Of a stretch of DNA of 59,307 nt, positions 53,566-59,307 are shown piece by piece. The position numbers were made by a program, and so were the translations under genes. The notes beneath the pieces are model-generated. The model did not search any database and was not told the origin of the DNA. It worked only from the letters and a program-made list of their open reading frames with translations. Source of the stretch: Candidatus Limnocylindrales bacterium (GTDB taxonomy: Bacteria > Chloroflexota > Limnocylindria > Limnocylindrales > CSP1-4); NCBI GenBank assembly GCA_036555445.1, contig DATBLH010000103.1, positions 1 through 59,307 on the forward strand, in the 5' to 3' direction. Numbering within the stretch: the first letter of the stretch is position 1; every line of letters begins with the position of its first letter.

Positions 53566-54230
53566 GCGCTCAGCGGGACGAAGCGGACCCGCGACCCAGG
53601 CACGAGCAGGGCAGGGGCTGGCCGGCCGGGATCCCACAACTGAGCGTCGGTCCGACCGATCAACCGCCATCCGCCCGGGGACTCGAACGGGTACGCGGCC
53701 GTCTGCCGCCCGGCGATCCCCACACTTCCGGCCGGCACGCGTGCGCGGGGCGTGTCCAGCCTGGCAATCGATAGTGCGTCCGGCAGGTCGCCGAGGTAGG
53801 CGAAGCCGGGTGCGAAGCCGAGGAACAGGACCCGGTACTCGACGGAGCTGTGGAGCTCCACGACGTCCGCGGTCGTCAGGCCCGTCCGTCGTGCGACGTC
53901 GTCGAGATCGGGGCCGTCGGTGCCGCCATAGCGGATCGGGAGCTCGATGGTTGCCGGCTCCCCGCTCCGGGGTGCCGTGGAACTGGTCGTGGTGGCCCGG
54001 AGCGCCGTCAGCCGCTCCATGACTTCGTCGACGCCGACGCCATCCGGGTCGAACGGGACGAGGACGCTCCCCAGTCCAGGCACGGGGTCGCCGAGCGCAC
54101 CGTCGAGCGCACCCAGGCTTCGGACCGCATCGGCGAACCGATGGGCCGCCTCGTTTCCATCGCCCGGCCCGCTCCACCCGACGTCGACCAGCACGGCCGC
54201 GTCCCCGAACGGCTGGACCGATCGGGTCAT
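53562..54230 (-). CDS. pxpB: 5-oxoprolinase subunit B
   Basis: PFGDAAVLV, YGG..GPDL, FLGFAPGFAYL, GSVGIAG.QT..YP.ESPGGWRLIGRT. Confidence 0.92.
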   Translation of the reverse strand: MTRSVQPFGDAAVLVDVGWSGPGDGNEAAHRFADAVRSLGALDGALGDPVPGLGSVLVPFDPDGVGVDEVMERLTALRATTTSSTAPRSGEPATIELPIRYGGTDGPDLDDVARRTGLTTADVVELHSSVEYRVLFLGFAPGFAYLGDLPDALSIARLDTPRARVPAGSVGIAGRQTAAYPFESPGGWRLIGRTDAQLWDPGRPAPALLVPGSRVRFVPLSA

Positions 54231-55024
54231 CCGGGATCCAGGCGCGCCCAGACGCGACCGTCGACGTGGTCGACCCGGATCGGGACGCCGTACGCCGTCG
54301 ACAGAGCCGGACCGTCGATGGCGGTCGCGATGGGTCCGACCGCGACCATCGATCCGCTTCCGAGGACCAGGGCGTGGCCGAACCCGGTCGGGACCTCTTC
54401 CACGTGGTGGGTCACCAGGACGATCGCGGCCAGGCTGCCATCGGCCGCGAGCCGGTCGAGATCGCGGACCAGGAGCTCCCGTGCGCCGAGGTCCAGGCTG
54501 GCCGTCGGCTCGTCGAGCAGGAGCAGGTCCGGCCGCGGCATCAGCGCTCGCGCGATCTGAACGCGCCGTCGCTCGCCGGCCGACAGGAGTCCGAAGGGCC
54601 GATCGGCGATGGCCTCGATGCCGAGCTGGGCGAGCAGCTCACGGGCGCGGGCGTGATCGTCGGCTCCGAACGTGTGCCACCACGTCCCGAGCGCCGCGTG
54701 ACGGGCCGTGACCACGACTTCATGAGCCGTGAGCTCGTCCGGGATCGCCTTCTCGAGGCCGCTGCCGGCATAGCCGATGCGTCGCCGGAGGTCGCGGCTG
54801 TCCACCCACCCGATCCTCGATCCGAGGACCTCCACCGAACCCGTCGTCGGCCACAGGTAGGTGCTCGCGACCTGGATCAGGGTCGTCTTGCCGGCACCGT
54901 TCGGACCCACGATCACCCAGCGTTCACCGCGTTCGATCTGCCAGTCGATGGGGCCGAGGATCGTCTGCCCGCCGCGCCGGACGGTGACCCCGTCGAAGCG
55001 CAGGACGGGTTCGACCTCGGTCAC
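54227..55024 (-). CDS. ABC-type ATPase (ModF/YlmA-like), no permease nearby
   Basis: GPNGAGKTT, LSAGERRR, LLLDEP, VTHH.EE; GTG55024 overlaps the pxpA stop. Confidence 0.9.
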   Translation of the reverse strand: MTEVEPVLRFDGVTVRRGGQTILGPIDWQIERGERWVIVGPNGAGKTTLIQVASTYLWPTTGSVEVLGSRIGWVDSRDLRRRIGYAGSGLEKAIPDELTAHEVVVTARHAALGTWWHTFGADDHARARELLAQLGIEAIADRPFGLLSAGERRRVQIARALMPRPDLLLLDEPTASLDLGARELLVRDLDRLAADGSLAAIVLVTHHVEEVPTGFGHALVLGSGSMVAVGPIATAIDGPALSTAYGVPIRVDHVDGRVWARLDPG

Positions 55025-55764
55025 GCTGTGGCGACGCCGGATGCCAGGGCACGGACCTCGATGCCGGCATCCTCGAGGGCCCTGCGGACGGCCCGGGCGC
55101 GCCGCACCGCGCCAGGACGATCGCCGTGCACACAGATCGTGTCCGGACGCAGGGCCGCGTCTCCGGCCAGCGCGATCGCCTGGCGGGCACATGCATCCGG
55201 GTCGTCGAGGACGGCCCCCGCCTGGCTCCTCGAGCGCAGGCGCCCGTCGGCTTCATAGGCGCGGTCGGCAAACGCCTCCGCCGCCACGCGCAGGCCCACC
55301 GCCCGCCCGGCATCGAGGGACGCCGACCCGGCCAGTCCGACGAGAATGAGGTCGGCCCCCGCTCGGGCCACGCCCCGGGCGACCGCCTCCGCGATCGCGG
55401 GATCGTCGGCCGCTCGGTTGTAGAGCGCGCCGTGGGGCTTGACGTGACGGAGCTCGACCCCGGCGGCCCGGGCAAAGGCGGCCACGGCGCCGACCTGGTA
55501 GACGATCGCGGCCTCGAGCTCGCGCACGGGCATGTTCATGTCGCGTCGTCCGAACCCGGCCAGGTCGGGGTAGCCAGGATGCGCGCCGACCGCCACCCCG
55601 GCGGCGACCGCGCGCGAGATCGTCTGCTCGATGGTCACCGGATCGCCGGCATGGAAGCCACAGGCGACGTTCACCGAGGTGACGACCGGGATCAGGGCGT
55701 CGTCCTCGCCGAGGCTCCAGGCGCCGAACGATTCGCCCACGTCGGCGTTGAGGTCGATCCGCAC
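55021..55764 (-). CDS. pxpA: 5-oxoprolinase subunit A (LamB/YcsF)
   Basis: DLNADVGES, ACGFHAGDP, GAHPGYPD, HVKPHGALYN, CVHGD. Confidence 0.95.
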   Translation of the reverse strand: MRIDLNADVGESFGAWSLGEDDALIPVVTSVNVACGFHAGDPVTIEQTISRAVAAGVAVGAHPGYPDLAGFGRRDMNMPVRELEAAIVYQVGAVAAFARAAGVELRHVKPHGALYNRAADDPAIAEAVARGVARAGADLILVGLAGSASLDAGRAVGLRVAAEAFADRAYEADGRLRSRSQAGAVLDDPDACARQAIALAGDAALRPDTICVHGDRPGAVRRARAVRRALEDAGIEVRALASGVATA

Positions 55765-55819
55765 GGGCGGATGGTACGCGCCGGGCCGATGGCGACCTCG
55801 ATGACGGGTCGTGCGAACA

Positions 55820-55887
55820 TTGTCAGACGACTTGACAAAGCATCCGGCTTGGCCCTACCGTCCGCTTTGTCCACTGACTTGGCAAAG
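55820..55887 (+). promoter_or_regulatory. sigma70 promoter flanked by two ROK-type operators
   Basis: TTGACA 55832-37, 18-nt spacer, TACCGT 55856-61; palindromes TTGTC-N9-GACAA (55820-38) and CTTTGTC-N9-GGCAAAG (55865-87). Confidence 0.75.
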
Positions 55888-55921
55888 TCGGTCGCACGCG
55901 AGGTGGAGGGGCAGACCGCCG

Positions 55922-57124
55922 ATGTCGTTGCCGGCCAAGGCGACACACCAGCAGACCCGCGCGTTCAACCAGGGCCTCGTCCTGCGGACCCTCTACGACT
56001 ACGGGCCGGTCAGCCGTGCCGAGGTCGCCCGTCTGACGGGCCTCACCCGGACGACCGTCAGCGAGATCGTCGGGGAGTTCATCAACGAAGGCCTCGCGCG
56101 GGAGGTCGGCCGCGGTCCATCGAGTGGCGGGAAGGCGCCGATCCTGATCCAGGTCGTCGATGATTCCCGGTACGTCATCGGGCTGGATCTCGGGGAGCAC
56201 GCGTTCACGGGCGCGCTCGTCAATCTGCGCGGGGAGATCCGTCGAATCGCGGACGCACCGGTCGAAGGCCGCGACGGCGGCGACGCGCTGCGCACGGTCG
56301 AACGCCTCGTCGACGACCTGCTCGCCGCCGCACCGGGGACGATCCTCGGAATCGGCGTCGGCACCCCGGGCCTGGTGGACACCGACAGCGGCACGATCCG
56401 GTGGGCGGTCAATCTCGATTGGCAGGACCTGCCACTGGGTCGCATCCTGCGCGATCGCACCGGGTTGCCCACCTATGTCGCCAACGACAGCCGGGCCGCG
56501 GCGATCGGCGAGTACCTGTTTGCCCCAGATCGCACCGCCGGCAGCCTGGTCGCGATCAAGGTCGGCCTCGGGATCGGGGCCGGGATCGTCCTCGACGGGG
56601 AGCTGTTCCAGGGCGACGGCCACGGAGCGGGCGAGATCGGCCATACGGGCGTCGTCGACGACGGTGCCGCCTGCCGCTGCGGGCGATTCGGCTGCCTCGA
56701 GACGATCGCAAGCTCGCGCGCCATCATTGCCGCCGCGGAGGAGGCCGCCCGTGACGAGCCCGGATCGGCGCTCGCGGGCGTCCTCGCCCGGCGGCCACTC
56801 ACCCTGGACGACGTCCGCGATGCCCTCGCCGCCGGCGACGAGGTCGCTCGACGCGTCGCCGTGGCCGCCGCCAGGCCGCTCGGCCAGGTGATCGCGGCCG
56901 TGATCGGTCTGCTGAACGTCCGCCGGGTGGTCCTCCTCGGCAGTGTCTCCGAGCTCGGCGAGCCATGGCTGGCGGCGATCCGGGACGAGGCCGCGCGACG
57001 CTCCCTGCGACTCCTCTCCGACCAGACGACCATCGAGATCGGCCGACCCCATGAGCACCCGGTCGTGCTCGGCGCCACCGCCCTGCTGATGACGCGCGAG
57101 CTCGGGCTCGCCGCGGTGCGATGA
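55922..57124 (+). CDS. ROK family transcriptional repressor (NagC/XylR-like)
   Basis: N-terminal HTH SRAEVARLTGLTRTTVS; GLDLG, ANDS.AAA.GE, GEIGH, CRCGRFGCLE. Confidence 0.95.
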   Translation: MSLPAKATHQQTRAFNQGLVLRTLYDYGPVSRAEVARLTGLTRTTVSEIVGEFINEGLAREVGRGPSSGGKAPILIQVVDDSRYVIGLDLGEHAFTGALVNLRGEIRRIADAPVEGRDGGDALRTVERLVDDLLAAAPGTILGIGVGTPGLVDTDSGTIRWAVNLDWQDLPLGRILRDRTGLPTYVANDSRAAAIGEYLFAPDRTAGSLVAIKVGLGIGAGIVLDGELFQGDGHGAGEIGHTGVVDDGAACRCGRFGCLETIASSRAIIAAAEEAARDEPGSALAGVLARRPLTLDDVRDALAAGDEVARRVAVAAARPLGQVIAAVIGLLNVRRVVLLGSVSELGEPWLAAIRDEAARRSLRLLSDQTTIEIGRPHEHPVVLGATALLMTRELGLAAVR

Positions 57125-58104
57125 GCGACGCCGGGCTCCTGGCCGGGATCGACGTGGGCGGCAGCAAGATTGCCGTGCTCGTCGCCGACCGTGACCTGGC
57201 GATGTGCGCCAGGGCAACCACGCCCACCAGCGTCGACGACGCCGAAGGTGCCGTGGATCGGATCGCGTCCGCGGTCGACCAGGCGCTCGGCGCGGCTGGA
57301 CTCTCGATCGGAGACCTGGGCGCCATGGGGATCGGCGTGCCGGGTCGCGTCGACACGGAGACCGGCACCGTCTCGCTCGCCGTCAACCTCGGCTGGCACC
57401 AGCTGCCGCTCGGCGAGCTCCTCCAGCAGCGCTACCGGATCCCGGTCCGGGTGGAGAACGACGTGCGCGCCGCTGCCGCCGGGTTGCACGAGCGCCGAGT
57501 GCTCGGCGACGGCGCCGATCTCGCCTACCTGAGCGTCGGGACCGGGATCTCGGCCGGTGTCGTGCTCGACGGCAAGCTGCACCGCGGTGCACGCGGGATG
57601 GCCGGCGAGATCGGGCACGTGGTGGTGGACCGGGACGGTCCGCGCTGCCCGTGCGGCCTGGCCGGTTGCCTTGAGGCCGTCGCGTCCGGTCCGGCGGTGG
57701 CCCGCCGCGCCGATGCCGCCCTCGACGCCGGGGTCGACAGCTCGCTTCGCGATCTTCGTCCGATCACCGCCGTCGAGGTCTACGCGGCGGCGGCGGCCGG
57801 CGATGCGCTCGCCCTCCGGATCGCCGAGGAGGCAGGTGCCAACCTGGCTCGGGCCGTCCACGAGCTCGTGATGGCCTACGACGTCCCGAGGGTGGTCCTC
57901 GGTGGGGGAGTGGCGCTCGCGGGCCGGACGTTCCTCGACCCGATCCTCCGCGGCCTCGATCGCCTGCGGGCCGAGTCCGAGCTTGCCCGCGACGTCCTGC
58001 CGCCGGACGTTGCCCAGATCCTCCCCGACGGATCCGAGGCCGGTGCCTGGGGCGCCGTCGTCCTCGCCCGCGGCGGTCTCGGGAGGGAGGTGGCCCATCC
58101 CTAA
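57121..58104 (+). CDS. ROK family sugar kinase
   Basis: GIDVGGSKI, ENDV.AAA.G, GTGISAG, GEIGH, CPCG..GCLE; no HTH. Confidence 0.93.
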   Translation: MSDAGLLAGIDVGGSKIAVLVADRDLAMCARATTPTSVDDAEGAVDRIASAVDQALGAAGLSIGDLGAMGIGVPGRVDTETGTVSLAVNLGWHQLPLGELLQQRYRIPVRVENDVRAAAAGLHERRVLGDGADLAYLSVGTGISAGVVLDGKLHRGARGMAGEIGHVVVDRDGPRCPCGLAGCLEAVASGPAVARRADAALDAGVDSSLRDLRPITAVEVYAAAAAGDALALRIAEEAGANLARAVHELVMAYDVPRVVLGGGVALAGRTFLDPILRGLDRLRAESELARDVLPPDVAQILPDGSEAGAWGAVVLARGGLGREVAHP

Positions 58105-58179
58105 CGAACTCCGGCGTCCATCGCGGAGCCGAGGCTCCCGGTCCACCAGCCATCCAGGCAGCACCGAAGGAGGAGAATC

Positions 58180-59307
58180 GTGACATCGAGGAAGTCCCTG
58201 GCCCTCGCGCTGATCGCGCTACTGAGCGTGGGGGCCTGCTCGCCGGCGGCGTCGCCGTCGGCGGCTCCGAGTTCCGCGGCGCCGTCCGCGGCCTCGCCGA
58301 GTGCTTCGGGCGGAAGCCCATCGGCCTCGGCGAGCGCATCGCCGCTGGCCGTCGATCCGGCCGAGGCGGTCATCCAGGGCGTCGAAGCGAACGCGACGAT
58401 CACGTTCTGGACGTTCTATCTGTCGCCCACCTTCGACACCTACATCGAGAACACGATCGAGCGCTTCAAGGGCACCTATCCCGGCGTGACCGTGAACTGG
58501 GAGGACCACCAGGCGACGTTCCAGGAGGACCTCAACAACGCGTTCAATGCCGGCAATGCCCCGGATGTGATCAATCTCTCCGTCGGCGAGGGCTGGGTCT
58601 CCGACTACGCCTCGAAGGACCTCCTGCTCGGTCTCGACGACAAGGTCCCGGCCGAGGTCAAGAGCCTGTACTTCGAAGGCCTCTGGAAGCAGCAACTGGT
58701 GGACGGCACGAACTTCCAGTTCCCGTGGTACCAGGGGATCGGCGTGGAGCTGATCAACAAGCGGATCTACGAGGAAGGGGCCGGGCTCTCGGTCGACGAC
58801 TTCCCGAAGACGATCGACGGCCTGCCCGCCCTGTGCCAGACGATCAAGGACAAGGCGGGCGCGCTGTGCGACATCCGCCTGACGGTCAATGACCTGCTCT
58901 CGCAGATGGTGTACGAGGGCGGCGTCGACGTCCTGGGCGACGACGGGAAGTTCACCTTCGACTCACCCGAGGGTGTTGCGTGGCTCCAGATGTACGTCGA
59001 CATGGTCGCCGCAGGCACCGTGGACACCGAAGTCCTGACGACCCAGAGCGACCGGGTCGGCCTGCTCCTGTTCTCGTCGGGCCAGGCGCCGTTCTACCAG
59101 ACCGGGCCAAACCTGATCCGCGAGGTCAAGTCGAACAACGCCACGCTGTACGACGACCTGGCCGTGGTCCAGGCGCCGCTGGGCAAGTCCGGTGTCGCCG
59201 GCAAGGGCCTGCTGGGAATCTCGGTCAAGGCCAATACCCAGGACCCGAACGCGGCGATCGCGCTCGCCCAGTACTTCACGAACCCACGGAGCATGCTCGA
59301 GTTCTCG
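58180..59307 (+). CDS. Carbohydrate ABC transporter solute-binding lipoprotein (family 1), 3'-truncated by the window end
   Basis: AGGAGGAG RBS, GTG start; lipobox VGAC, Ser/Ala/Pro linker, ITFW, F...YPGVTV, NAPDVI, FPWY; open to the window end; absent from the ORF track. Confidence 0.9.
   Translation, partial: MTSRKSLALALIALLSVGACSPAASPSAAPSSAAPSAASPSASGGSPSASASASPLAVDPAEAVIQGVEANATITFWTFYLSPTFDTYIENTIERFKGTYPGVTVNWEDHQATFQEDLNNAFNAGNAPDVINLSVGEGWVSDYASKDLLLGLDDKVPAEVKSLYFEGLWKQQLVDGTNFQFPWYQGIGVELINKRIYEEGAGLSVDDFPKTIDGLPALCQTIKDKAGALCDIRLTVNDLLSQMVYEGGVDVLGDDGKFTFDSPEGVAWLQMYVDMVAAGTVDTEVLTTQSDRVGLLLFSSGQAPFYQTGPNLIREVKSNNATLYDDLAVVQAPLGKSGVAGKGLLGISVKANTQDPNAAIALAQYFTNPRSMLEFS

Noticed and set aside
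1-59307. tRNA, rRNA, tmRNA, RNase P RNA
   Set aside because: No T-loop/CCA cloverleaf or conserved rRNA/RNase P motifs were found by eye; a tRNAscan/Infernal run would be definitive.

Overview
A 59.3-kb stretch of very GC-rich (about 70% by eye) bacterial chromosome, densely packed with about 58 supportable CDS. No rRNA, tRNA, CRISPR array, transposase or integrase was found. The mix of actinobacterial-type genes, Ser/Pro/Thr-rich lipoprotein linkers and many leaderless-looking genes suggests a Terrabacteria lineage such as Chloroflexota (Limnocylindria-like); this is inference only. Recognisable content: central and amino-acid metabolism (aceE, pncA, pxpABC, inositol monophosphatase, M20 deacylase, amidinotransferase, class III aminotransferase); DNA metabolism (5'-3' exonuclease, topoisomerase IB, TM0106-type nuclease-helicase); a stress-gene-rich block at about 9-15 kb; two-component proteins; transporters; a class A PBP; and the start of a ROK-controlled sugar ABC operon. 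The most notable observation is at 47.3-49.1 kb. An XRE-HTH + TPR regulator (NprR/PlcR-like) and a second small XRE gene lie divergent from an unannotated 38-codon gene that has a strong sigma70 promoter, RBS and a downstream hairpin. Its product is a signal peptide followed by a 9-residue tail (GDGSPPFPK), which fits an RRNPP-type peptide quorum-sensing cassette, apparently outside Bacillota. Other highlights: a candidate free-standing ncRNA (44071-44209), a promoter with a long structured leader ahead of a tiny zinc-ribbon gene, a pseudo-histidine kinase, a pseudo-HAD phosphatase, a secreted lysyl-oxidase-like protein, and several small proteins missing from the ORF track.
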